Origin: Cupriavidus necator
Lineage (GTDB): Bacteria; Pseudomonadota; Gammaproteobacteria; Burkholderiales; Burkholderiaceae
NCBI RefSeq assembly: GCF_016127575.1
Contig: NZ_CP066018.1
Location: 2,910,001 to 2,942,000, forward strand
Length of the DNA stretch: 32,000 nt
Direction: 5' to 3'
The notes under the pieces: generated by a model
The model's input: the letters and a program-made list of their open reading frames with translations, nothing else
Databases searched by the model: none
Told to the model about the DNA's origin: nothing
Program-made: the position numbers and the translations under genes
Shown: positions 1-8,862 of the stretch, in pieces
How the letters are laid out: each line of letters opens with the position of its first letter
Numbering within the stretch: the stretch's first letter is position 1

Positions 1-69
1 TGGCAGGGCGCGGCGCATTCGTGGCACACTCCGTCGCAACCCTGCAGCCTTCCGTGGCTGCGAGCCTGA
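1..69 (+). CDS. 3' end of an upstream CDS (position fits phoB, but 22 codons cannot verify this)
   Basis: Frame 1 has the highest third-position GC of the three frames by hand count and stops at TGA 67-69, 9 nt before the phoR ATG. No PhoB motif is visible in this short tail. The assignment rests only on the usual phoB-phoR adjacency. Confidence 0.25.
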   Translation, partial: WQGAAHSWHTPSQPCSLPWLRA

Positions 70-78
70 ACCCTGCGC

Positions 79-1461
79 ATGAATGTCATCTGGGCCCGTT
101 CCGTGGCCATCCTGATCAGCCTGCTGGTGCTGTCCGCCGGTGTTTACCTGGCCGTGGGCCCGGTGCCAGCGCTGGCGCTGGCATGCGTATCGCTGCTCGG
201 GCTGCTGTTCTACTACTTGTACCAGATCAACCGCCTGTGGAAGGTGCTTGATGCGCCGGTCTACGGCGAGATCCCCAGTGCACTCGGGCTTTGGGGCGAG
301 GTGTATTACCGGCTGCACCGGCTGGTCAAGCGCTGGCGCACCCAGGTGCTGCAGGTCGAGCAGCAGCACACGCGCTTTATCCAGGCCATCCAGGCTTCGC
401 CCAACGGCGTGCTGATGCTGGACGACGCCGACCAGATCGAGTGGTGCAACGACGTGGCCGAGCAGCATTTCGGCCTGAACGCGCGGCGCGACGTGCGCCA
501 GCGCATCACCCACCTGATCCGCCGCCCCGAGTTCGTCCACTACCTGACCCGGCAGCGCTTCGATGACCCACTGGTGATGCGCGACATGGGCGAGCACAAG
601 CACAGCGTGATCGCGGTGCAGATCCTGCCCTATGGCGACAACCGCAAGCTGGTGATCACGCAGGACATCACCAAGCTCGAAAACACCGAGGCGATGCGGC
701 GCGACTTCGTTGCCAACGTGTCGCACGAACTGAAGACGCCGCTGACGGTGCTGACCGGCTTCCTGGAAACCGTGCGCGACCTGCCGGTGTCGGAAGACGA
801 CCGGCGCCGCTACATCGACATGATGCTGGCGCAGTCGGTGCGCATGCAGAGCATCGTCGAAGACCTGCTGGCGCTGGCCAAGCTGGAAAGCGATGCGCAG
901 CCGCCCGGCAATGACATCGTGCCGATCCGTGCCATGGTGGCGCACCTGACCCACGACGCCGAGGCGCTGTCGCAGGGACGGCACCAGGTCTCGGCCGAGA
1001 TCGACCCGACCGTCGGCATGCGTGGCGCCGAGACCGAACTGCTGTCGGCGCTGGGCAACCTGGTGTCGAACGCCGTGCGCTACACGCCGGACGGGGGGCG
1101 CATCACCATCAGGCTGGCCTGGGAAGAGGGTCATGCCGTGTTCTCGGTGGCCGATACCGGCCTGGGCATCGCTCCCGAGCATATTCCCCGGCTGACCGAG
1201 CGCTTCTACCGCGTGGACCGCAGCCGCTCGCGCGACACCGGCGGCACCGGGCTGGGGCTGGCCATCGTCAAGCACGTGCTGTCACGCCACCATGCGGACC
1301 TGCGCGTGACCAGCGAAGAGGGCCGGGGCAGCGTGTTCCGCGTGATCTTCCCGCTTGAACGCAGCCTGCGTTCGGCCGGGGAGGGCGCGGACATGCCAGC
1401 GCCAGGCAGCGGCCCGACCGCGCCGCCGCAGTCGCCGGACACCTCGCGGCGCGCCGCCTGA
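79..1461 (+). CDS. phoR: Phosphate regulon sensor histidine kinase PhoR
   Basis: 460-aa ORF with two N-terminal hydrophobic helices and a PAS-like segment (FIQAIQASPNGVLMLD). It has an H-box (SHELKTPLT), an N-box (GNLVSNAVRYTP) and G-boxes (DTGLGI, GGTGLGLAIVKHV). It sits next to ppk and ppx. Confidence 0.9.
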   Translation: MNVIWARSVAILISLLVLSAGVYLAVGPVPALALACVSLLGLLFYYLYQINRLWKVLDAPVYGEIPSALGLWGEVYYRLHRLVKRWRTQVLQVEQQHTRFIQAIQASPNGVLMLDDADQIEWCNDVAEQHFGLNARRDVRQRITHLIRRPEFVHYLTRQRFDDPLVMRDMGEHKHSVIAVQILPYGDNRKLVITQDITKLENTEAMRRDFVANVSHELKTPLTVLTGFLETVRDLPVSEDDRRRYIDMMLAQSVRMQSIVEDLLALAKLESDAQPPGNDIVPIRAMVAHLTHDAEALSQGRHQVSAEIDPTVGMRGAETELLSALGNLVSNAVRYTPDGGRITIRLAWEEGHAVFSVADTGLGIAPEHIPRLTERFYRVDRSRSRDTGGTGLGLAIVKHVLSRHHADLRVTSEEGRGSVFRVIFPLERSLRSAGEGADMPAPGSGPTAPPQSPDTSRRAA

Positions 1462-1471
1462 CCCGTAAAGG

Positions 1472-1495
1472 AAAACCCCGCCGCGGCGGGGTTTT
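1472..1495. terminator. Bidirectional rho-independent terminator between convergent phoR and ppk
   Basis: AAAACCCCGCCGCGGCGGGGTTTT is a GC-rich hairpin flanked by an A-run and a T-run. It lies 10 nt after the phoR stop and 62 nt beyond the ppk stop. Confidence 0.8.
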
Positions 1496-1557
1496 GCATG
1501 TTATGCCTCAGGGAAGCCTCCTCGGCTCCTGGCGCAAGGTGGGCAACAGAAGCCCGC

Positions 1558-3645
1558 TCAGGGCATCCCCCCAAACATCACCAGCATATCGTTCTGACTC
1601 ACATGTGGACGCTTCGAGCGCGTCTGCTTGCGTGCATAGTTGCCGTCCGGCTGCATGATCCACGCCGAGGCGTTGTCGCGCAGGTGCACCTGCAGGCTTT
1701 CCTTGATGACGCGTGCCTTCAGCGCCTTGTCCAGCACCGGGAAGGCAACTTCCACGCGGCGGAACAGGTTGCGGTCCATCCAGTCGGCGCTGGACAGGTA
1801 CAGCACCTCTTCGCCGCCGGCGTAGAAGTAGTAGACCCGGTGGTGTTCCAGGAAGCGGCCGATGATCGAGCGCACCGAGATGTTCTCGGACATGCCCGGC
1901 ACGCCCGGCATCAGCGCACACACGCCGCGCACGATCAGGTCGATCTTCACCCCCGCGCGCGAGGCCTTGTACAGCTCGTCGATGATCGATGGCTCCAGCA
2001 GCGCGTTCATCTTGGCGATGATGCGCGCGGGCTTGCCGGCGCGCGCGTTGCGGGCCTCGGCGCGGATATGGTCGACCAGGTTGCTCTGCATGGTGAAGGG
2101 CGACTGCCACAGGTGGTTCAGCCGGATGGTGCCGGCGGTGCCGGTCAGCAGCTGGAACACGTGATGCACGTCTTCGCAGATCTCCTCGTTGGCCGTCAGC
2201 AGGCCGAAGTCGGTGTAGAGGCGGGCGGTGCGCGGATGGTAGTTGCCGGTGCCGAGGTGGGCGTAGCGCCGCAGCTTGACCTGCTTGGCCTTGGGGCCGG
2301 TGGGCTCGCGCCGCACGATCAGCAGCATCTTGGCGTGGCACTTGTGGCCGACCACGCCGTAGATCACGTGTGCGCCCGCGGATTCCAGGCGCTCGGCCCA
2401 GTTGATGTTGGTTTCCTCGTCAAAGCGCGCCAGCAGCTCCACCACCACGGTCACTTCCTTGCCGTTGCGCGCGGCAGTCATCAGTGCTTCCATCACCAGC
2501 GACTCATTGCCGGTGCGATAGACGGTCTGCTTGATCGCGACCACGTTGGGGTCGGCCGCGGCCAGCTGCAGCAGGTCGAGCACGGAACTGAAGCTCTCGT
2601 ACGGGTGGTGCAGCAACACGTCCTGCTGGCGCATCACGTCGAACATTGACGCGCCGGCGGAGAAGGCCTTGACCGGCGCGGGCACATATGGCGCAAACTT
2701 CAGCGCGGGCCGGTCCACCATGTCGGGGATCTGCATCAGCCGCACCAGGTTCACCGGGCCGGAAACACGATACAGGTCCTGCTCGGCGAGGCCCGATTCC
2801 AGCAGCAGCCGGCGTGCCAGCGGTGCCGGCGTGTCCGACGAGACTTCCAGGCGCACCGTGTCGCCGAAATGGCGCGTGGGCAGCTCGCCCTGCAGCGCCT
2901 CGCGCAGGTCGGTGATCTCGTCTTCCGAGACGAACAGGTCGGAGTTGCGCGTGACGCGGAACTGGTAGCAGCCGTGCACGGCAATCGCCGGGAACAGCTC
3001 ATGCACGAAGCCCTGCATGAAGGACGACAGCATCACAAAGCCATACGGGTAGCCCGACAGCTTCTCCGGCATCTTTACCACGCGCGGCAGCGCGCGCGGC
3101 GCCTGCACGATGGCCAGGTCGGCCTCGCGGCCGAAGGCGTCCTTGCCGGACAATTCCACCACGAAGTTCAGGCTCTTGTTGAGCACGCGGGGAAAGGGGT
3201 GGGCGGGATCCAGTGCAATCGGGGTCAGCACCGGCCCCAGTTCGCGCTGGAAGAACTCGCGCGCCCATTCGCGCTGGGCGTCGGTCCAGGTGGTGGTCAG
3301 GTGGAAAAAGACCCCCTCTTTTTCAAGTAGTGGAAAAATGGTGTTCTGCAGCATGTCATACTGCGAAGCCACAAGCCGTTGCGTGCGCTCGGTGACGAGC
3401 TGGTAGGTCTGCTGGAATGACAGGCCGTCCGGCGTCAGCCCCGAAGCGTTGTCGCGCATCTGTTCCTTCAGGCCCGCCATGCGGATTTCAAAGAACTCGT
3501 CCAGGTTGCTGGACACGATGCAGATGAATTTCAGCCGCTCCAGCAGCGGGACCTTCGGGTCCGCCGCTTGCGCCAGCACGCGGGCATTGAATTCCAGGAT
3601 GCCCAGTTCGCGGTTGAGCAGCGTACTGGACGGAGTCGTCGACAT
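1558..3645 (-). CDS. ppk: Polyphosphate kinase 1
   Basis: Typical PPK1 N-terminus (LLNRELGILEFNARVLAQA, SSNLDEFFEIRMAGL) and conserved HLGTGNYH near the C-terminal domains. ATG 3645 (MSTTPSS) has AGAAGG 8 nt upstream. The tracked ORF extends to 3684, a possible alternative start. Confidence 0.93.
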   Translation of the reverse strand: MSTTPSSTLLNRELGILEFNARVLAQAADPKVPLLERLKFICIVSSNLDEFFEIRMAGLKEQMRDNASGLTPDGLSFQQTYQLVTERTQRLVASQYDMLQNTIFPLLEKEGVFFHLTTTWTDAQREWAREFFQRELGPVLTPIALDPAHPFPRVLNKSLNFVVELSGKDAFGREADLAIVQAPRALPRVVKMPEKLSGYPYGFVMLSSFMQGFVHELFPAIAVHGCYQFRVTRNSDLFVSEDEITDLREALQGELPTRHFGDTVRLEVSSDTPAPLARRLLLESGLAEQDLYRVSGPVNLVRLMQIPDMVDRPALKFAPYVPAPVKAFSAGASMFDVMRQQDVLLHHPYESFSSVLDLLQLAAADPNVVAIKQTVYRTGNESLVMEALMTAARNGKEVTVVVELLARFDEETNINWAERLESAGAHVIYGVVGHKCHAKMLLIVRREPTGPKAKQVKLRRYAHLGTGNYHPRTARLYTDFGLLTANEEICEDVHHVFQLLTGTAGTIRLNHLWQSPFTMQSNLVDHIRAEARNARAGKPARIIAKMNALLEPSIIDELYKASRAGVKIDLIVRGVCALMPGVPGMSENISVRSIIGRFLEHHRVYYFYAGGEEVLYLSSADWMDRNLFRRVEVAFPVLDKALKARVIKESLQVHLRDNASAWIMQPDGNYARKQTRSKRPHVSQNDMLVMFGGMP

Positions 3646-3690
3646 GAGCATGACCTTCTTTTGGTAATGTGGCGACTTTTTCATAAAAAC

Positions 3691-3708
3691 GTGTCACTTT
3701 TATGACAG
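3691..3708 (-). promoter_or_regulatory. Pho-box-like site facing ppk
   Basis: The minus strand reads CTGTCATAAAAGTGACAC, against the E. coli-type Pho box CTGTCATA(A/T)A(T/A)CTGTCA(C/T). The first half-site matches 7/7 and the second 5/7. It lies 46-63 nt upstream of the ppk ATG. Confidence 0.5.
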
Positions 3709-3715
3709 TTTGATT

Positions 3716-3733
3716 TTGTCATGATGCAGACAT
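3716..3733 (+). promoter_or_regulatory. Pho-box-like site facing ppx
   Basis: TTGTCATGATGCAGACAT has half-sites matching 6/7 and 5/7 with a 4-nt spacer. It lies about 105 nt upstream of the ppx ATG. Confidence 0.35.
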
Positions 3734-3838
3734 GATCAGGACATATTTTTCCCGGGCGCGAACGCCGGCAGGCCAAGGCACCAGAGCGCACCTGCCGCGC
3801 CACGCAACGCCAACGCGAACCAGCCCTCCTAGCACACG

Positions 3839-5371
3839 ATGAATAACACCCCACGCCTGCTGGCTGCCGTCGATATGGGTTCGAACAGCTTCCGCCTGAT
3901 GATCGGGCGGGTGGACGAGACCCCCACGGCCAATGGCCCGGCCAGCCAGATCTTCCAGGTTGACGCGCTGCGCGAGCCGGTCCGCCTGGCCGCCGGCCTG
4001 ACGCCCGACAAATACCTGGACCAGCCCGCGCGGCGCCGCGGTATCGATGCGCTGCGGCGCTTCGGCGACCGGCTGCGCGAGTTCGCGCCCAACCAGGTGC
4101 GCGCCGTTGCCACCAACACATTGCGCGTGGCCAAGAACGCGTCCGAGTTCCTGATCGAGGCCGAAAGCGCGCTGGGCTTCCCGATCGAAGTGATCGCCGG
4201 GCGCGAGGAAGCGCGGCTGATCTACCTCGGGGCCTCGCACGACGCCCCGGCCTGCCAGGGCAACCGCCTGGTGGTCGATATCGGCGGCGGCTCGACCGAG
4301 TTCATCATCGGCAACGGCTACCAGTCCAAGCTGATGGAAAGCCTGTATATCGGCTGCGTGTCGCACAGCCGCCAGTTCTTCCCCAGCGGCAACGTCGATG
4401 AATACGCGATGAAGCAGGCCGAGCTGGCCGCGCGCCGCGAGATCCAGGTGCTGGTGCGCCAGTACCGGGCCACGGGCTGGGAGCAGGCGGTCGGCTCGTC
4501 GGGCACGGCACGCGCGCTGGCCGAGCTGATCGAACTCAATGGCATGAACGACAGCACCGCCGAGCACGGTATCACGCGCGAAGGGCTGGAGCGCCTCAAG
4601 CGCGCGCTGATCAAGGCCGAGAACACCAACCGCGTCAAGCTGACCGGCCTCAAGGCGGACCGCATCCCGGTGCTGCCGGGCGGCTTGTCGATCATGCTGG
4701 GCGTGTTTGCCGAACTCGATATCGAGCGCATGGATGTCACCGACGGCGCGCTGCGGCTAGGTGTGCTGTACGACCTGCTCGGACGCAGCCACCACGAGGA
4801 CATGCGCACCGTCACGGTGGACCAGTTCATGCGCCGCTATGGCGTGGACCGGGCCCAGTCCGGCCGCGTGCGCCGTGCCGCGCAGACGCTGCTGTCACAG
4901 TTCCCGGAGCCGGCCAACGAACGGCGCGAGGACAACCTGGCGCTGCTGGGCTGGGCCGCCAGCCTGCATGAGACCGGCATGTCGATCTCGCACAGCGGCT
5001 ACCACAAGCATTCGGCCTATATCGCCACCCACGCCGATATGCCGGGCTTTTCCAAGACCGACCAGGCGCGGCTGGCGACGCTGCTGCTGGGCCATGCGGG
5101 CAAGCTCGGCAAGCTGTCGGGCAGCGGCAGGTTCGTCGACTGGCGCATGCTGTTCAGCCTGCGCCTGGCCTTTGTGCTGTGCCGCCGCCGCTCGGACGTG
5201 GCCTTGCCCGATATCCGCGTGAGCCAGTTGGCCGAGGCGCTGGACGAAGGCTTCACCGTGCGCTTGCCGAAGGCGTGGATCGAGGCCAATCCGCTGATCG
5301 AATACAGCCTGGCGCAGGAGGCTGATGAATGGCAGCGGATCGGCAAGCGCTACAAGGTCATCTATGACTGA
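3839..5371 (+). CDS. ppx: Exopolyphosphatase (Ppx/GppA family)
   Basis: ASKHA-fold phosphate motifs AAVDMGSNSFRLMI and VVDIGGGSTEF. A C-terminal HD-like region is present (HKHSAYI). It is divergent from ppk. Confidence 0.92.
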   Translation: MNNTPRLLAAVDMGSNSFRLMIGRVDETPTANGPASQIFQVDALREPVRLAAGLTPDKYLDQPARRRGIDALRRFGDRLREFAPNQVRAVATNTLRVAKNASEFLIEAESALGFPIEVIAGREEARLIYLGASHDAPACQGNRLVVDIGGGSTEFIIGNGYQSKLMESLYIGCVSHSRQFFPSGNVDEYAMKQAELAARREIQVLVRQYRATGWEQAVGSSGTARALAELIELNGMNDSTAEHGITREGLERLKRALIKAENTNRVKLTGLKADRIPVLPGGLSIMLGVFAELDIERMDVTDGALRLGVLYDLLGRSHHEDMRTVTVDQFMRRYGVDRAQSGRVRRAAQTLLSQFPEPANERREDNLALLGWAASLHETGMSISHSGYHKHSAYIATHADMPGFSKTDQARLATLLLGHAGKLGKLSGSGRFVDWRMLFSLRLAFVLCRRRSDVALPDIRVSQLAEALDEGFTVRLPKAWIEANPLIEYSLAQEADEWQRIGKRYKVIYD

Positions 5372-5428
5372 GCGCAGTGCGGAGGGCGGCCGCCGGGGCG
5401 GCGGCCGCTGACAGGCAGCTGGCGCCGC

Positions 5429-6271
5429 TCAGGCGGCGTTGTTCAGGCCGAGGAAGTGACGGGCGTAGCGCGGGTTCATGTCGTTCACGCGCAGCAGCGT
5501 CAGGAAGTCAGCCACGTTGAAGTCCGGATCCCAGGCCGGCTGGCCGCAGATCTTTGCGCCCAGGCGCAGGTAGCCCTTGATCAGCGCGGGCGGCTCGACG
5601 TCCAGCTGCTGGTTCAGGTCCTCGACCGGCAGCGGCACGCGCGGGAAGGCGTGGTATTCGATTGGCGCCAGCGAGCGCTCGCTGAACAGCCGGTGCAGGC
5701 TGGCCGCGTAGTGGCCGCCGTCGTTCATCGGCACGCTGGCGCAGCCGAGCATCGATTCGATGCCCCAACGCTGCAGGTACTCGCCCAGGCCGCCCCACAG
5801 CGCCATGATGACGCTGCCCGAACGGTAGTCGCGGTGCACACAGGAGCGGCCCAGTTCCAGCATCTTGGGGCGCAGGTGGCCCAGGCGTACCAGGTCGAAT
5901 TCAGATTCCGCGTACAGGCAGCCCAGGCGCTTGGCCTGGTGCGGCGGCAGCACGCGGTAGGTGCCCACCACGCGCAGCGTGGCCATGTCGCGCACGATCA
6001 GGTGGTCGCAGTAGGCATCGAACATGTCGATGTCCAGCTCCGGCACCGAAGAGGTCAGGCGCGCGCCCATTTCCTCGGCAAAAACCTTGTAGCGCAGGCG
6101 CTGGGCTTCGACTACTTCGTCCTGGTGGCGCGCCCACGCCACGCTGAGAACAGGCGATTCATGTGCCGGTGTATCTGATTGGCGATGAAGACGGCTCCGC
6201 GCCGTCTGGCCACCAAGGCCATTGGGCAGAGAGTCGAAAAGCGGCTGGGTGGGCGTCGGCAGATCTCGCAT
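5429..6271 (-). CDS. GNAT-family N-acyltransferase of the OlsB/hemolysin-like type
   Basis: The motif AQRLRYKVFAEEMGARL ... CDHLIVRD ... VVGTYRVL is typical of the OlsB-like N-acyltransferase family. I prefer ATG 6271 (MRDLPTP) because AAGGA lies 9 nt upstream. The 69-codon extension up to 6478 also has clearly lower third-position GC. Confidence 0.75.
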   Translation of the reverse strand: MRDLPTPTQPLFDSLPNGLGGQTARSRLHRQSDTPAHESPVLSVAWARHQDEVVEAQRLRYKVFAEEMGARLTSSVPELDIDMFDAYCDHLIVRDMATLRVVGTYRVLPPHQAKRLGCLYAESEFDLVRLGHLRPKMLELGRSCVHRDYRSGSVIMALWGGLGEYLQRWGIESMLGCASVPMNDGGHYAASLHRLFSERSLAPIEYHAFPRVPLPVEDLNQQLDVEPPALIKGYLRLGAKICGQPAWDPDFNVADFLTLLRVNDMNPRYARHFLGLNNAA

Positions 6272-6572
6272 CAGTATGTCCTTTTGGTGACGAAACTGTT
6301 GCGATGCAATGTAGTGAGAGTGGGTGACATTGCCGTGACCCGCGGATGACGGTTCCGTGACGTCACCTGCCAGGGCGGACGGTCGGGCGCTTTCGGGCGA
6401 TGGGTCAGGGTGTGAGTCGCGATCCTCGACGTCAATATAACGATCGGCCGGGCCATTCATGGGGAATCTCCGTGACACCTGCTATCGGCACCGGAAGAGG
6501 CGCCAAGGCCACTCTACTTACGGGAGATTCCGCCCGCCATCAGCTATTTCTGATTTTGGCGGGACAAAATGG

Positions 6573-6599
6573 GCCAGGTGCCGTCAGGCGGCACCTGGC
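6573..6599 (-). terminator. Rho-independent terminator after sixA
   Basis: An 11-bp perfect stem (GCCAGGTGCCG / CGGCACCTGGC) with a 5-nt loop. On the minus strand it is followed by CCATTTTGTCC. It begins 20 nt after the sixA stop. Confidence 0.6.
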
Positions 6600-6618
6600 A
6601 TGCGGGGTGGGGCGGGGC

Positions 6619-7095
6619 TCAGAGGAATTCGGGGTTGATGACGGCGCGCAGCACGGTCTGCGCCTCGCTTTCGCGGGTGCGGCCGGTCAACCACCAGATG
6701 CCGCTCTTGCGCACGCTCCAGTTCATTTCCGAGCCGGCCAGCAGCAGGCTGGCGACGCGGCCGATCCAGGGCTGGTGCCCGACTACCACCACGTGCTCGG
6801 GGCGTTCCGGCCACTCGACTGCTGCAAGCACTGCGCTGACGTCGGCGCCGGGCGCAAGGGCGTCACTGATCTCCGCCTCGGCAGACAGCGCGGCCGCCGT
6901 TTCGCGGGTGCGCAGCGCAGGGCTGCAAAGGACGCGGGTGTCGGCCGGCAGATGCGCGCGCAGCCATTTGGCGGATACCTCCGCCTGCTTGCGGCCGCGG
7001 CGTGTCAGTGGCCGCTGCAGGTCGGCATGGCGGCTCAGGCTGAGCGCGTCGGGGAGGTCTTCGGCTTCGGCGTGGCGCCACAGGATCAGGTTCAT
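6619..7095 (-). CDS. sixA: Phosphohistidine phosphatase SixA
   Basis: N-terminal MNLILWRHAEAE carries the RHG-type histidine phosphatase motif. Also present are LTRRGRKQA, SPALRTRETA and VVVVGHQP. The ATG at 7093-7095 was confirmed in the sequence. The 62-codon upstream extension of the tracked ORF shows no family similarity. Confidence 0.85.
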   Translation of the reverse strand: MNLILWRHAEAEDLPDALSLSRHADLQRPLTRRGRKQAEVSAKWLRAHLPADTRVLCSPALRTRETAAALSAEAEISDALAPGADVSAVLAAVEWPERPEHVVVVGHQPWIGRVASLLLAGSEMNWSVRKSGIWWLTGRTRESEAQTVLRAVINPEFL

Positions 7096-7339
7096 GTCGG
7101 ACGGGGCAATGAGCGAGCTTCGAGTATGGTGAAGCGGCCCGACCGGTGCAAGCGCCAGCTGGCCCGCGCCGGTGCGCAGGCCAGGCTGCACGCGGCGCGT
7201 AAACGGAAGCAGGCTGCCTGTCGGGCAGCCCGCAAGTGTGTCCAGGCGCGGTGTCAGCGGCGTGACAGCGCGTCGGCGCACAACGGCCGCGGCGCGGGCG
7301 ACAGCCGCGCATGCGGTATCGCCGGGGCCGTGCAGAAAC

Positions 7340-7561
7340 TCAGGACTTGTGGCGGAAGTTGATGCGTCCCTTGGTCAGGTCATAGGGCGACATTTCCAGG
7401 GTGACACGGTCGCCGGCCAGGATGCGGATGCGGTGCTTCTGCATCTTGCCCGAAGCGTATGCCCAGATTTCGACGCCGTTTTCCAGCGTGACCCGATAGC
7501 GGTTGTCAGGCAGGGCTTCCGACACCACGCCGCCAAATTCAATGAGTTCTTCCTTAGCCAA
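7340..7561 (-). CDS. infA: Translation initiation factor IF-1 (paralogous copy), TTG start
   Basis: (M)[72 protein letters not shown] is a 73-aa S1-fold IF-1. The TTG at 7559-7561 is preceded by AAGGAAG. The upstream in-frame ATGs would add an unrelated basic tail. Confidence 0.88.
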   Translation of the reverse strand: MAKEELIEFGGVVSEALPDNRYRVTLENGVEIWAYASGKMQKHRIRILAGDRVTLEMSPYDLTKGRINFRHKS

Positions 7562-7686
7562 TCTGTCTTCCTTTTCGGCAGCCCGTGAAGGCTGCGTGGT
7601 TGCGATTTTAAAAATCCTGTTCGGTTCGCCCGGTACGGCGCGGAACCGCGGCATGTTTCGCCGATTGCGGCGAAGCGCGCCTTGGG

Positions 7687-8067
7687 TTGTTCGGGGCAAG
7701 CTCACGCGGACTGCGGCGCCTGATGCTCGGTCCTGTCAGCGGTATCGCCCAACGGGCGCGGATGGCTTGGGCGACGGCCTGGCCGCTGACGGCCGGGGAG
7801 GCCGTGTGCTTTGCGGAGCAGGCGGGCAGGTTGTACCCGGTGGTTCGCCAGTTTGGTGTCGTCGCGGAAGGCCCGCGCCGGCGGCTGCTGTTCGCTCGCG
7901 AAGAGCGCGCTGGTGAGAACGCCCGGTTACAGGGATGCACGGACACCCCGGGGGCTACTTTGACATTGTATCACGTACGCAGTTGCAGCATGGCCGGCAC
8001 GTTGCGGCAGATGGCCGGCCGCGGCGGTTGCACCGTGCCGCCAAAGTCGGCAATTCATGTGCCTTGA
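7687..8067 (+). CDS. Hypothetical ORF or gene remnant (coding-like third-position GC, no recognisable domain)
   Basis: A 126-codon frame with a TTG start and about 80% third-position GC by hand count, inside an otherwise unexplained 600-bp gap. I recognise no motif and see no clear RBS. Confidence 0.25.
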   Translation: MFGASSRGLRRLMLGPVSGIAQRARMAWATAWPLTAGEAVCFAEQAGRLYPVVRQFGVVAEGPRRRLLFAREERAGENARLQGCTDTPGATLTLYHVRSCSMAGTLRQMAGRGGCTVPPKSAIHVP

Positions 8068-8166
8068 AAGGCGCGTCTTGCGGTCTGGCCGGCTTGGTAT
8101 TTGCCCCATATGAGCTAGAACTAACTCGTACGGCCTTGCCGGGCCGGATCTCGCAAGGAGACTGCC

Positions 8167-8685
8167 ATGGAACTCCATCTGGAATCGCACCGCTACGTTC
8201 GCTGCCGGCCGGACTGGCGGGCCGCCGTGGTGGCGGGGCTGATTGCCGGCGCGGTCTACATGGTGCTGGAACTGCTGACGGCGCGCTTCCTGCTGTACCA
8301 GGGCGCCTGGGGCACCGTGAAGATGGTCGCGGCCATCATCCTCGGACGTGAAGCCCTGTCTGCTGATGCCTTCAACTGGACAGTCGTGCTTTCGGCGGGG
8401 ACGGTGCACTTCGCGCTGTCGATCATCCTGGCGGCGGTGCTGGCGATGATTCTGTCGTCATTCCGCTTCGATTCCAGTCTGTGGCTGGCCTCGGTGGTCG
8501 GGATCGTGTTTGGCGTGGTGGTCTACCTGGTCAATTTCTATCTGCTGGGGACCTACTTCAACTGGTTCGACGAGGCCCGCGGCTGGGAAAGCCTGTTCGC
8601 CCACGCGCTCTTCGGGTTGGTGGCGGCCGACGTCTATTGCAATCTCGAGAGACGGCGTGGCGAAACGGGGCAGCAGCCTGCCTGA
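8167..8685 (+). CDS. Small integral membrane protein (about 4 TM), unknown function
   Basis: A consensus AAGGAG lies 7 nt before the ATG. Four long hydrophobic segments are present (AAVVAGLIAGAVYMVLELL, VVLSAGTVHFALSIILAAVLAMIL, LWLASVVGIVFGVVVYLVNFYLL, LFAHALFGLVAADVY). Confidence 0.7.
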   Translation: MELHLESHRYVRCRPDWRAAVVAGLIAGAVYMVLELLTARFLLYQGAWGTVKMVAAIILGREALSADAFNWTVVLSAGTVHFALSIILAAVLAMILSSFRFDSSLWLASVVGIVFGVVVYLVNFYLLGTYFNWFDEARGWESLFAHALFGLVAADVYCNLERRRGETGQQPA

Positions 8686-8862
8686 ACCAGGAGATGGAGA
8701 TGGGGGAGGGGGTAGCAGCCGGCATCCTCCCGGCTGGCGCTCTTTCAGCTAGCCCATCTGGTTGATATGACGTTTAACGCGCTCGCACTAACCTAGAGGC
8801 AAACGATCAGAGCGGCCGCCGCCAACCATGCCCGCGGGCGGCTACACCGGAGTACCGAGCCC

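Noticed and set aside
6357-6366. A perfect 10-bp palindrome, GTGACGTCAC, upstream of the GNAT gene.
   Set aside because: A single short palindrome with no second copy in the window and no associated regulator. It is too weak to call a binding site.
7096-7281. N-terminal extensions of tracked ORFs for sixA (to 7281), fabI (to 30981), the DUF1488 gene (to 28169) and the GNAT gene (to 6478).
   Set aside because: In each case the family-typical N-terminus begins at an internal start with a plausible RBS, and the extension shows no similarity or has lower third-position GC.
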